From Candidatus Latescibacterota bacterium (GTDB lineage: Bacteria > Latescibacterota > UBA2968): 64,000 bases of DNA. The notes under the pieces are model-generated. The model ran no database searches and was not told the DNA's origin. It was given only the letters and a program-made list of their open reading frames with translations. Shown one piece after another: positions 1-9,655 of the stretch. The stretch spans positions 3,648,001 to 3,712,000 of the forward strand of contig OZ242010.1 in NCBI GenBank assembly GCA_965204745.1. The letters are read 5' to 3'. Within the stretch, counting starts at the first letter, position 1; each line of letters starts with the position of its first letter. The translations under genes and the position numbers were made by a program.

Positions 1-729
1 ACCGCGACGAAGGTGTCGATTTACGTGTTTTTGCGATTTGCGTTTTCCGTGTGGGGGGCCGAGTTCGCGTTTGAACGCCTCGATCTCGATGTGTTTTTGA
101 TTCCGCTCTCGCTCATCGGGATTTACGTGGGGTCTCTCGCCGCGATTTACCAGACCGATGTGAAGCGGTTGTTGGCCTATTCGAGCGTGGCGCAAATCGG
201 GTATATGATGCTGGGCATCGGCTTTGTTTCCGTGGCCGGATTGACCGGGGGCATCGTGCATCTGTTCAATCACGGGCTGATGAAGGCCGCGCTGTTTTTG
301 GCCGTGGGCTGTGTGGTCTTGCGCGTGGGCTCGTCCAACTTGGCCGATTGGAAGGGCCTAGGGCGGCGCATGCCCGTCACGATGGCGGCGTTTGTGCTGG
401 CCGGGTTGAGCTTGATCGGCGTGCCGCTGACCGTGGGCTTTGTCGGCAAGTGGTACTTGATCGTGGCCGCGCTGGAAAAGGGTTGGTGGCCCGTCGCCCT
501 GCTCGCCCTGCTCTCTTCCTTGCTGGCTGTGGTGTACGTGTGGCGCGTCATCGAGGTGGCGTACTTTCAGCGGACGGACGATCCCGCGCCGGTCAAAGAA
601 GCGCCGTGGATGATGCAAGTCTCGCTGTGGGCATTGACCGGGGGCATCGTGTATTTTGGCGTTCAAACCGATTTGACCGTGCGCGTGGCCCAACGCGCCG
701 CCATGTGGTTGCTGGAGGGGATGCCGTGA
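1..729 (+). CDS. Monovalent cation/H+ antiporter subunit D family (MrpD/NuoN-like), 5' partial
   Basis: Hydrophobic ORF with the KRLLAYSSVAQIGY and HGLMKAALF motifs of the proton-conducting transporter family; frame is open to the window edge. Confidence 0.9.
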   Translation, partial: TATKVSIYVFLRFAFSVWGAEFAFERLDLDVFLIPLSLIGIYVGSLAAIYQTDVKRLLAYSSVAQIGYMMLGIGFVSVAGLTGGIVHLFNHGLMKAALFLAVGCVVLRVGSSNLADWKGLGRRMPVTMAAFVLAGLSLIGVPLTVGFVGKWYLIVAALEKGWWPVALLALLSSLLAVVYVWRVIEVAYFQRTDDPAPVKEAPWMMQVSLWALTGGIVYFGVQTDLTVRVAQRAAMWLLEGMP

Positions 730-2261
730 GCGAATCGACCGCTATCCTCATCGCACTGGCGTTGCCGGTGGTGAGCATGCCCTTCATCGCACTGGCGCGG
801 CGCAGGCCCAATGTGCGCGAGACCATCGCCTTGACCGCGGCGATGTTGACGTTTGGCACCGTTTCGTCCATCCTGCCCGCGGCGATGGAGGGCGCACGCC
901 CGAGCGTGCATGTGCTGGACATCATGCCGGGCTTGGCCTTGGCCTTTCAGGTCGAGCCGCTGGGCATGGTCTTTGCCCTGGTCGCATCTGGCTTGTGGAT
1001 CGCGACGACGGTCTATGCCATCGGGTATATGCGCGGGCATGGCGAGCGCAATCAGACGCGGTTTTTTGCGTTTTTCGCCTTTGCAATCGCGGCCGCGCTC
1101 GGCGTGGCTTTTGCCCGCAACATGTTCACGTTGTTCATTTTTTACGAGATGTTGACGCTATCGACCTATCCCTTGGTGACGCACGCAGGCTCGGATATCA
1201 GCAGTGTTGACGCACCGCGGTTGGTGGCGGACATCCGCGAAGGGGCGCGCCGCCTGCGAGAGGAAAGCGTCCGCGCCGGGCGCATTTACCTGGGCGTTTT
1301 GTTGAGCACCTCCGTGGGGTTCTTGCTGATGGGCATGGCGTGGACTTGGCAGTTGACCGGCACGCTGGAATTTACACCGGGCGGCATTTTGTCCGGCAAG
1401 GCGAGTGAGGGCGTGGTGCTGGTGTTGCTCGCGCTCTACGCCTTTGGCACCGGGAAAGCCGCGTTGATGCCGTTCCACAGGTGGTTGCCCGCGGCAATGG
1501 TCGCGCCCACCCCGGTCAGCGCGTTGCTCCACGCGGTGGCCGTGGTCAAAGCCGGGGTGTTCACCGTGATGAAAGTCGTGGTCTATCTCTTTGGCACGGA
1601 GTTGCTGTCCGGCGCGGGCCTAAGCGACTGGCTGACGTACGTCGCGGGCTTTACGATTTTGGTGGGGTCCCTGGTGGCGATGACCAAAGACAATTTGAAG
1701 GCGCGGTTGGCGTATTCCACAATCAGCCAGTTGTCCTACATCGTGCTCGGCGCGGCACTGGCAAATGATTTGGGCGTGCTCGGCGGGAGCATGCACATCG
1801 TGACGCATGCGTTTGGCAAGATCACCCTGTTTTTTTGCGCGGGCGCCATTTTGGTGGGGTTGCACAAAACAGAGATCAGCGATATGAAGGGCATCGGCAG
1901 GCAGATGCCGTTCACAATGGCCGCCTTTTTGATCGGGGCGTTGAGCATTATCGGGCTGCCGCCATTTGCGGGCGCGTGGAGCAAGTGGTACTTGGTGCTC
2001 GCGTGCGTCGAGGCGGATCGCTATGTGGCGGCGGGGGTCTTGCTGATGAGTTCGTTGCTGAATGTGCTCTATCTGTTGCCGATTCCCATTTACGCTTTTT
2101 TTGCAACCGCAACCGATGACCACCACGGGTCGGGCCTGCGCGAAGCCCCGCTCGCATGTGTGTTGCCCTTGGCGTTCACCGCGCTCGGTTGCTTCGCGCT
2201 GTTTTTGTATCCGGATCCGGTTTTGAATCTGTTGCGCCTAATCGGAGGAGGCGCGCCATGA
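726..2261 (+). CDS. MrpD/MrpA-like proton-conducting transporter subunit
   Basis: GTG start overlaps the upstream stop; PFHRWLPAAMVAPTPVSALLH and KARLAYST motifs. Confidence 0.9.
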   Translation: MSESTAILIALALPVVSMPFIALARRRPNVRETIALTAAMLTFGTVSSILPAAMEGARPSVHVLDIMPGLALAFQVEPLGMVFALVASGLWIATTVYAIGYMRGHGERNQTRFFAFFAFAIAAALGVAFARNMFTLFIFYEMLTLSTYPLVTHAGSDISSVDAPRLVADIREGARRLREESVRAGRIYLGVLLSTSVGFLLMGMAWTWQLTGTLEFTPGGILSGKASEGVVLVLLALYAFGTGKAALMPFHRWLPAAMVAPTPVSALLHAVAVVKAGVFTVMKVVVYLFGTELLSGAGLSDWLTYVAGFTILVGSLVAMTKDNLKARLAYSTISQLSYIVLGAALANDLGVLGGSMHIVTHAFGKITLFFCAGAILVGLHKTEISDMKGIGRQMPFTMAAFLIGALSIIGLPPFAGAWSKWYLVLACVEADRYVAAGVLLMSSLLNVLYLLPIPIYAFFATATDDHHGSGLREAPLACVLPLAFTALGCFALFLYPDPVLNLLRLIGGGAP

Positions 2262-2536
2262 ACGATACCACAAAGAAAAATGAACACCCGCACGCTTTCG
2301 CCAAGCTCGGCGCGGTGCGGCAGTTGATCGTGGGCTTTGTCGTGTTTTGCGCGTTGTTGCTGTCGCTCGACCTGATCGCGCATCGGCATTTGAGTTTTGC
2401 CGAGGGGCTGTTGCCGGTGGAGGGTTGGTTCGGGTTTTACGCGGTGTATGGATTCGTCGCTTGTACGCTGGTCGTCCTAGGGGCTCTTCCCCTGCGTAAA
2501 TGGGTCATGCGCTCGGAGGATTACTACGATGGGTGA
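2258..2536 (+). CDS. Small membrane protein of Mrp-like cluster
   Basis: GGAGG RBS, ATGA overlap, two TM segments, C-terminal MRSEDYYD typical of these clusters. Confidence 0.75.
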   Translation: MNDTTKKNEHPHAFAKLGAVRQLIVGFVVFCALLLSLDLIAHRHLSFAEGLLPVEGWFGFYAVYGFVACTLVVLGALPLRKWVMRSEDYYDG

Positions 2537-4214
2537 GGTGCATCCCGCGCTGATCATGCTCTTGGGCGGCGCGTTGTTGTTCGCCCTGCCAATCCGGCCG
2601 CGCCGCGTGGTGTCGGTGCTGTTGCCCGTGGTCGGATTCGTGAATCTGCTGGCCCTTCCAGATGGCGCGCTGTGGCAGATCACTTGGGGCGGGTACGAGA
2701 TGGCCGTCTTGCGCGTGGATAAGTTGAGCATGTTGTTCGGGTACTTGTTCCACTTGGCGGCTTTTATCGGCGCGATCTACGCGCTGCATCTCACGGATCG
2801 GTTGCAGATCGGCACCGGGTTGATCTACGCGGGTTCGGCGGTTGGGGCGGTCTTTGCCGGCGATTTGATCGCGCTGTTCGTCTTCTGGGAGTTGTTGGCG
2901 ATCACGTCGGTCTTCTTGGTGTGGGCGCGCGGGGGCGAGCGTGCGCTACGATCTGGCGTGCGGTATTTGGTGATGCACATCGCGTCTGGGTTGTCGCTGT
3001 TGCTCGGCGCGGTGTTCTGCTATTTGAAGACCGGTTCGCTGGCATTTGATCACATCGGCTTGACCGAGGGGTATCACTACTTGTTGTTGCTCGCCTTTGG
3101 GATCAAGTGCGCGTTCCCCCTGTTGCACAACTGGTTGATCGACGCGTATCCGGAATCCACGCCCACGGGCACGGTGTTTTTGAGCGCGTTCACGACCAAG
3201 GCCGCGGTGTATGCCCTGGCGCGCGGGTTTGCAGGAGAGGAAATTTTGATCTACATCGGCGCGGCGATGACGATGTTCCCGATTTTCTACGCGGTCATTG
3301 AGAACGATATGCGCCGCGTGTTGAGTTATAGCATGATCAACCAAATCGGGTTTATGGTGGTGGGCATTGGCATCGGCGGCGCGCTGGGGATCAACGGCGC
3401 GGTGTCGCATGCGTTCAATGACGTGATTTTCAAAGGGTTGCTATTTATGTCGATGGGCGCGGTCTTGTTTCGCACGGGGCGAATCAAAGCCTCTGAATTG
3501 GGGGGGCTGTACAGGTCGATGCCGTGGACGTGCGCGTGCTGCATCGTGGGCGGGGCATCCATTGCCGCCCTGCCGCTGTTCAGTGCGTATATCAGCAAGG
3601 CGATGGTGATGCAGGGGGTTGCCAACAGCGGCGCGGTGGTTATCTGGCTGGCGCTGTTGTTCGCATCGGCGGGCGTGTTGCACCACGCGGGCATCAAAAT
3701 TCCATTTTTTGCGTTTTTCTCGCACGATGCAAAAATCCGTTGCCCCGAAGCCCCGCTCAACATGCGCGTTGCCATGACGATTTCCGCCGCGCTCTGCATC
3801 GCTATCGGGTCATACCCGCCACTGCTGTACGATCTGTTGCCGCATCCCGTCGACTATGTGCCCTATACCACAACGCATGTGGTGCTGCAACTGCAACTGG
3901 TGTTTTTCGGGGTGATGGCCTTTGTGGTGTTGCAACTGACGGGCATTTACCCCCCCGAATTGCCCAGCGTCAATCTCGATGTGGATTGGGTGTATCGCCG
4001 CGTGCTACCGGCAACTGTGCGCGGCTTTGTCCGCACCTTCGGGCCGGTTGCAGATGGTTTTTTTGCGGGCGGAAAGGCGTTGGTTCAAACGCTGATTGCG
4101 GCGATTCGCGGGCAACACAATACCAAAGGCGTGTTCGGGCGGTCGTGGTTGTCGCAAAGCAATGTGCTCCTCGCGATTGTTTTTCTGGCGATTTATTTGC
4201 TATTTTTCTTTTGA
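2529..4214 (+). CDS. Na+/H+ antiporter subunit D family protein
   Basis: PLLHNWLIDAYPESTPTG and RRVLSYSMINQIGFM motifs; multiple TM helices. Confidence 0.9.
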   Translation: MGEVHPALIMLLGGALLFALPIRPRRVVSVLLPVVGFVNLLALPDGALWQITWGGYEMAVLRVDKLSMLFGYLFHLAAFIGAIYALHLTDRLQIGTGLIYAGSAVGAVFAGDLIALFVFWELLAITSVFLVWARGGERALRSGVRYLVMHIASGLSLLLGAVFCYLKTGSLAFDHIGLTEGYHYLLLLAFGIKCAFPLLHNWLIDAYPESTPTGTVFLSAFTTKAAVYALARGFAGEEILIYIGAAMTMFPIFYAVIENDMRRVLSYSMINQIGFMVVGIGIGGALGINGAVSHAFNDVIFKGLLFMSMGAVLFRTGRIKASELGGLYRSMPWTCACCIVGGASIAALPLFSAYISKAMVMQGVANSGAVVIWLALLFASAGVLHHAGIKIPFFAFFSHDAKIRCPEAPLNMRVAMTISAALCIAIGSYPPLLYDLLPHPVDYVPYTTTHVVLQLQLVFFGVMAFVVLQLTGIYPPELPSVNLDVDWVYRRVLPATVRGFVRTFGPVADGFFAGGKALVQTLIAAIRGQHNTKGVFGRSWLSQSNVLLAIVFLAIYLLFFF

Positions 4215-4241
4215 CCCCCTCGCCCAAACGAGTGCCAACAC

Positions 4242-4272
4242 AAAAGCCGACGCGGATTGCGTCGGCTTTTTT
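4242..4272. terminator. Bidirectional intrinsic terminator
   Basis: AAAAGCCGACGC-GGATT-GCGTCGGCTTTT between convergent genes. Confidence 0.8.
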
Positions 4273-4453
4273 AGCTTTTCGGAATGGGTTTGTCCAATTC
4301 TCGATAGGCCAATATCATTTCGTTGAGGGCGTCTTGGAGCAACTCTGTGCATTCTTGCAAGGTCGCGCCTTCTGTGATCACTTCGGGCCAATCCAAAAGT
4401 TGCCCCATGTAGCCTGACGGAATTGGCGTGTAGCAAGCGTTGTATTCGTCCAT
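4271..4453 (-). CDS. HicB-family antitoxin (orphan)
   Basis: 60 aa; WPEVITEGATLQEC..LQDAL..IP pattern of the HicB N-terminal domain. Confidence 0.75.
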   Translation of the reverse strand: MDEYNACYTPIPSGYMGQLLDWPEVITEGATLQECTELLQDALNEMILAYRELDKPIPKS

Positions 4454-4518
4454 TTTGACCGCCTGAATTTCTGCCCCTCGATGATTGAGCCGGAGCTTTT
4501 GCCCCGGCTCGTCAATGG

Positions 4519-4758
4519 TTATGAAATGCGGTTTTGAATGTGGGGTCGGATTTCTCCGTATTCGGGAAAGCGGTTTTCCTTGAGTTTGGAAAAAACGAGT
4601 TCGCCATCGACCGTGACCTCAAAGCGGCCCCCGCTGGACGGGATCAAGGTGATGGCCTCAATGTCTTGCTTGAAGGCGTTGACGATTTTATCCGTCATCC
4701 CGACGGATTGTTCTTCGTAGCCTCAAGCAGCGCAATATTCAATTTCGACCCTGGGCAT
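4519..4758 (-). CDS. SelT/SelW/SelH (Rdx) family selenoprotein, CxxU, in-frame UGA at 4723-4725
   Basis: AAGGAGGT RBS; read-through gives MPRVEIEYCAA(U)GYEEQSVGMTDKIVNAFKQDIEAITLIPSSGGRFEVTVDGELVFSKLKENRFPEYGEIRPHIQNRIS with the Rdx GGRFEV..FSK..RFP signature. Confidence 0.9.
4690..4708 (-). promoter_or_regulatory. Putative bacterial SECIS element
   Basis: ATCCGTC-GGGAT-GACGGAT hairpin with a G-starting loop about 21 nt 3' of the UGA. Confidence 0.7.
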
Positions 4759-4768
4759 ATATACCTCC

Positions 4769-5535
4769 TTAAAATGTGATAAACGACATCCCCGTGCGTT
4801 TGGGGAGAAAAGACGCGAGGTCTTCGAGATCGAGGGCCACGCCGAGGTCTTTTGCTGCGTGGCACACATTGTGCCATAAATCCGCGTACTCATCGCCTGC
4901 GAGCAGGGCGTCGGCGGTCCTCGAAAAATTTTTGCCCTCTCGGCGGTCTGTGGGAAAAGGATAACCTGCCGAGCGGAAAAAGTCACCAAAAAAATCGTAG
5001 TGCTGACGCCGTTGACGGAAGGCCGCGGCAGTGCGGCGTTTTGAAAGCCGTTCAGCGGCGCGGATGAGGTGATAGCCAAAGTAGGCCATTGCCGGGTTGG
5101 AAATGCGCGCCTTGTCGTGGTTGGGGCTTTCTACATGCACGCTGCGAATCACCGGGCCGGGCCAATAAATATCCTTGCGATGCCGACCCGTGCGCCGGTC
5201 GTACCCAAAGCCGTCGAGGATGAAGCCACTCGTGGAGCGAATGGTGAGTGCCAACCGCTTTTGCGAAAATCGGTCGGGCTGCCGCATCAGGGCCGCGGGT
5301 GAAATTCCGGAATGCCAAACAACGCGCTATACGCATAACAAAACGCGAGATATGCATGCGACACGGGCAACCAGAACAGATCGCCGAGCCGCCGCGCCAT
5401 CGCATCGTACTTGCGATCCAAGAAATAACGCCCATCAGAAAGCGCGTCTCCCACACACGCGGGTTCTGTTGAAAACGCATCGACAAGCCTGCGAACACAA
5501 GCGAGGGGCGTATCTATCTGTGCAGAGTTTGCCAT
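4769..5535 (-). pseudogene. Probable MpaB/DUF2236 oxygenase-like gene split by a frameshift near 5290-5325
   Basis: ORFs 5287-5535 and 4769-5287 abut (TGATG); the downstream part has KRLALT..F, IRSVH, ISNPAMAY and GYPFP patterns reminiscent of MpaB/Lcp-like proteins. Confidence 0.45.
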
Positions 5536-6060
5536 GGGTGGATATCCTATTGCAAACAGTCTTTGATTGCGATTTCAAAAGTATCGCGTTATACTACGAA
5601 AGTCAACAAATGGATTTGGAATGGAATTGGCGGGCGTGACAGAGGACGATCTGTTCTACTTCAAAAACAAAGTTCCCATCGACCGAATCGGCGAATCCCT
5701 CGCGCGAACTGCGGTAGCTATGTGATACTAATTTGATTTCTATTTTTTTTATTTTTCAACTACGCGAATCGTACAGTCGCTACTTCAACTTTCGCGCCTT
5801 TTGTTGCATCGCATTCACTGACGTTCCGCAGTTCAAATAAGGCATCACAATAAGTGCCCTCAAAGATGAGACCTGAAAAATCGGTCCCTATCCAAATGGC
5901 ACCGATAGCAAAATAGAGAGAGCGCAAAATCTCTCCTAAAAAGATCGGCAAAACCGTCAAAAGCTGTCCCGAGTTTCTCTCTCATCAGCCCGTAAAACCT
6001 CGACGCTTCAGGGCGGAGGGACATGGCTTGAGCCACATTGACAAATTGGGATAAAAACAG

Positions 6061-6092
6061 AAGGGTCATGGTTAAATACCATGACCCTTTTC
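6061..6092. terminator. Intrinsic terminator-like hairpin
   Basis: AAGGGTCATGGT-TAAAT-ACCATGACCCTTTT downstream of the minus-strand operon. Confidence 0.6.
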
Positions 6093-6163
6093 TCGTTCCG
6101 CTATGTGCTTGTGCATCTGTTCTTCCACCCGAATGTCAGCCGTAAGCAATGGCGTCTCGGGAG

Positions 6164-6442
6164 TTATGACACTGTTTCAACGATGTTTCGATCATCCAAA
6201 AACGCAACGGGTTCTGCTTCTCTGCCATTTTCCCACATCAGCGAATAAAACCAGATGCCACTCTCACCGATGCAAAAGTCTGCGGGGGTAAAGGTCATTT
6301 TTGAGTCCAGTGGTGGCTCGGACTTTTCGGGGTTGTATTCCGCAGGCCATCCGAATACCTCGCCAATCCAGTACTGTCCCTTGAGATGAAGCGCTTTGGC
6401 AAACCCCTCGATGTCTTCGATATTTGGGATGACAACGGGCAC
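6164..6442 (-). CDS. Hypothetical protein
   Basis: Protein-like 92-aa acidic/aromatic ORF with AAGGA upstream. Confidence 0.65.
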   Translation of the reverse strand: MPVVIPNIEDIEGFAKALHLKGQYWIGEVFGWPAEYNPEKSEPPLDSKMTFTPADFCIGESGIWFYSLMWENGREAEPVAFLDDRNIVETVS

Positions 6443-6499
6443 AAAAATGGTCCTTTACAAATCCAGAACCGCACGCTGAACCGCTGTTCGGCAACGCGG

Positions 6500-7510
6500 T
6501 CAATCGCGCGGGGCAGGGGAGGGGGCGAAGATCAGTTCCATGCCGTCGGTGGCATCGACTGTGATTTGCAATTTTCGGGGTTCTGTGAGGAGTGCGGGAT
6601 GGAGGTGGGCGTCGATCCACACCTTGGGCGAGCGACACCATGCGGCGGGCACGTCGGCACAAAGGGTGAGGGTGCGGCAGGTGACGCGGTCACTCAGGCC
6701 GCGGATGCGGAGGCGATAGTGCTGTTGGGTTTCCGTATCGGCGAGGGTTTCGATTTGCGTGTGGCGTCGGGTCAGGTGATAGAAAATCACTTCTTCGGGC
6801 ACGGCGCACCAAACTGCGTCTCCGCCCTCTGTGCGTACGGTTTCAAATCTCTTTCGCAGTTGCTCGTGTGAACAGTCTTTGTTGGGATGGATGGGCGTTT
6901 CCAATGGGCAGTGGCAGTAGTCGATGATCCAGCTGTTTTTGGCCTGTGCGTGGCGGATGTTGCGAAACGGGTCGTATTCGCTGAAAAAGGGCGCGTAATA
7001 GTGATCGTGTAGGGCCGTGCGGTTGAGCCAGAAGAGCGGTTCGCCCGGGCGGTTGAGGGCATCGGTGAGGCTCATCGCGCCGAGGTACCCGTAGTTGCGG
7101 CACGCCTCGAGGACGTGGGCCGACATGTTGGCGTTGTTGCCGGGCGCGCAGTAGAGATCGACCGGCGCGTCAATGGCGGCTTCGAGCGCGTTTTTTGCAA
7201 TGCCGAGTTCCCGATGCACCATATCGGGTTGAATGAGTTCGTGGCTCCAGGAGTGGTTGCCGACGCCCCAGCCTCGGGCGAGCAAGTCTTTGAGTTCGCC
7301 GGCATTCATGTGGCGATAGCCGTTGTAGCTGGAATTGCCCAAGTCGCGCATCTCACCCAACTGCCCGACCACCACCTCGGCATGCCCGGGCATGCCGTAT
7401 TCCTCGTGGATGGGAATGGCAAAGCGGTGCAAGTCCGCGAGGGCTTCGTCATACGTGATGGAATAGACCCAGGTTTTGTCGTACTTCCACGGGCAGATCG
7501 CGAGGGCCAT
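6500..7510 (-). CDS. Polysaccharide deacetylase (NodB-like) family protein
   Basis: SITYDE and VGNHSWSH metal-binding motifs. Confidence 0.8.
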   Translation of the reverse strand: MALAICPWKYDKTWVYSITYDEALADLHRFAIPIHEEYGMPGHAEVVVGQLGEMRDLGNSSYNGYRHMNAGELKDLLARGWGVGNHSWSHELIQPDMVHRELGIAKNALEAAIDAPVDLYCAPGNNANMSAHVLEACRNYGYLGAMSLTDALNRPGEPLFWLNRTALHDHYYAPFFSEYDPFRNIRHAQAKNSWIIDYCHCPLETPIHPNKDCSHEQLRKRFETVRTEGGDAVWCAVPEEVIFYHLTRRHTQIETLADTETQQHYRLRIRGLSDRVTCRTLTLCADVPAAWCRSPKVWIDAHLHPALLTEPRKLQITVDATDGMELIFAPSPAPRD

Positions 7511-7525
7511 GTCTTTCTCCAGAGT

Positions 7526-8284
7526 TCAAGCGATATCGGAAATCGCGTGGATAAAATCCCGGAACGCGGCGCTATATCCCAGTTGCCATTCGAAGATGTG
7601 CATCCCGTACCGGGTCGCCAATTTTTCGGGGAATGAATCGGGGGTTTCCACGCCGAGAGTCGCATCGCGCATGAGGACGCATCGATACCCGCACGCGAGC
7701 ATGGCCCTCGCCCCTCCTTCGGCGCCGAGAATGCACATGTCGGTCGCAAAGCCGGTGTAGATGAGGGTGGTAATGCCGCGGGATTTGAGATGGGCATCTA
7801 AGGCATCGGTATAAAAAAATAGGGGTTCGTCCCGAATGGGCGAGACGATTTTTGCCCGTTTCATGCGCGCGAGGGGCGACTTTGCGAGGTAGTTCGGGCC
7901 ATGGGCGCGGTCTTGCATGGCCCGGGCGCGGTCGGCGCGGTTGACCGTTGGATGGCGGCGGACGGGTATGTGGGGATACTGACGCGCCATCCAATCGGAT
8001 TCGACATGGCAAACCGGCATCCCGATGGTGCGCGCCGCGTCCATTGCCGGGCGAATGACCTCGGCCATGATACGCGATGCCTCGGCGGTTGCCTGGGGCC
8101 AGCCCATGCCCACGCAGTAATTGACGTCGATTGCCGGCCCGTCTGGGCAGCCGATGTTCCAGCAGTGCATGCCGATCAGGGCCGTGCTTTCAACGGACAG
8201 GGCGAGACGCACGGATTCGCACCCGGGCGCGTCAATGGGCAATGCGCGGTAATATCGCGCGGGTAAGGAGTATGGGGTCGGCAT
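7526..8284 (-). CDS. Isochorismatase family cysteine hydrolase
   Basis: GITTLIYTGFATDMC and GYRCVLMRDAT motifs. Confidence 0.8.
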   Translation of the reverse strand: MPTPYSLPARYYRALPIDAPGCESVRLALSVESTALIGMHCWNIGCPDGPAIDVNYCVGMGWPQATAEASRIMAEVIRPAMDAARTIGMPVCHVESDWMARQYPHIPVRRHPTVNRADRARAMQDRAHGPNYLAKSPLARMKRAKIVSPIRDEPLFFYTDALDAHLKSRGITTLIYTGFATDMCILGAEGGARAMLACGYRCVLMRDATLGVETPDSFPEKLATRYGMHIFEWQLGYSAAFRDFIHAISDIA

Positions 8285-8288
8285 GGTA

Positions 8289-9533
8289 TCAAACGCGATT
8301 TTGGGCCGCGACTGCGGCGACGATTTGGGCGACGCGGTCGCAGTGTTCGGGTTGGTATTTTTCGCAGAATGTGGTCCAGCGGATGAAGTGGTTCAAAAAA
8401 TCCCGGGCATTGGGGCAGGTGTTGGCGCGATAGCGATAGGTGTGAGAAGCGGGCGGTTTTGAAAAGGGAAAGACGCGCTTCTCGGCTTTGTCGGTCAAAA
8501 AGGGCAACGCGGCCGGCATGAGATAGTATTTGCCGAGCCCCGCGCCGGTCAGCCCGGCATCGGCGACTTGTCGGGCAAAGGATTCGGCGTCGCATCGAAA
8601 AGCGGCCGGATCGATGCGAAACCCGGCCATCCAGCAGGAATAGACCTCCATGTAATCCGGAATGGCCAAGGGGATAATGCCGGGAATGTCCCCGAGGTTG
8701 TCCGTGATGAGGCGAATCATGCGGTCGAGATGGGCCACCGCAGGGCGAATGATTTCGAGTTGTGCCAGGGTGATGGCAGCCGTTGATTGGGTCATCCGCA
8801 AGGCATAGCCATTCGCGGCGTGGACGCGGCCCAATCCCTCGACCATCTGCCCGCCCCGGCTTTGCCCGATAAACCGAATCCGTTCGGCCAGCTCGCCGTC
8901 ATTTGTAATCACGCAGCCGCCGACGTCAGAGCCGAGGGTTTTTTCCGAATCGAACGAGAAGGCGGCGACGTCGCCAAGGGTGCCGGCAAGGCGGCCTTTG
9001 TACGTGCCAAACGCGGCTTGACAGACGTCTTCGATGACGGTCAGGCCGCGTTTTTTTGCCAGGGCGCGGATGGGGTCCATATCGCAAATCAACCCGGTGA
9101 TGTGGACCGCGAGAATGGCCCGCGTGCGGTCGGTGATGTGTGGCGCGATCGTGCGGGCGCTGATGAGGGGCGTGCCGGGTTCGGTGTCCGGAAAAACCGG
9201 GATGAAATTTTCTTTGAGCAATCCCATCACCGTGCCGTAGTCGGTAATGGGCGACGCGATGATTTCATCCCCGGTTTGCAGGTCGAGCGCGGCGACCAAG
9301 ATGTTGAGCGCGGCAGTACATCCCGGGGTGCCGATGCAGTGTTTGACGCCCATTTCCCTTGCAAAAGCCGCTTCAAATCGCCCGACCATGTCGCATTGCA
9401 GGCCCGACTCGACGACTTCTTTGAGGTACGTCAGGCAATTTTCACCCATCGTGCGCGGGAAGGGTTGCGGCAGGTTGCCCGCAAAGTCGCCAAAGGCTTC
9501 GGCGCCGTATTTTGCGCGGTTGCGACTAGACAT
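8289..9533 (-). CDS. DegT/DnrJ/EryC1/StrS family PLP aminotransferase
   Basis: VIEDVCQA and AFSFDSEKTL..GG motifs; AAGGAG RBS. Confidence 0.9.
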   Translation of the reverse strand: MSSRNRAKYGAEAFGDFAGNLPQPFPRTMGENCLTYLKEVVESGLQCDMVGRFEAAFAREMGVKHCIGTPGCTAALNILVAALDLQTGDEIIASPITDYGTVMGLLKENFIPVFPDTEPGTPLISARTIAPHITDRTRAILAVHITGLICDMDPIRALAKKRGLTVIEDVCQAAFGTYKGRLAGTLGDVAAFSFDSEKTLGSDVGGCVITNDGELAERIRFIGQSRGGQMVEGLGRVHAANGYALRMTQSTAAITLAQLEIIRPAVAHLDRMIRLITDNLGDIPGIIPLAIPDYMEVYSCWMAGFRIDPAAFRCDAESFARQVADAGLTGAGLGKYYLMPAALPFLTDKAEKRVFPFSKPPASHTYRYRANTCPNARDFLNHFIRWTTFCEKYQPEHCDRVAQIVAAVAAQNRV

Positions 9534-9655
9534 TGTACCGCTCCTTTAAGTTGTTACAAATCGCACATTCAAACGAATTGCAACGACAACTTCCGACAAC
9601 CTAATAGCCGACAACCTAATGCAATGTCCCGCCTGTCATTCATCGGGGAATCGCG

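Noticed and set aside
348-725. N-terminal extension of the second Mrp subunit (and similar extensions at 14988, 17421, 22202, 23080, 43962)
   Set aside because: They overlap upstream genes or repeats; better starts with RBS or stop-start coupling lie downstream
5287-5289. TGA as a third selenocysteine codon
   Set aside because: Read-through in the same frame is not protein-like and there is no redox motif; the plausible continuation is in another frame
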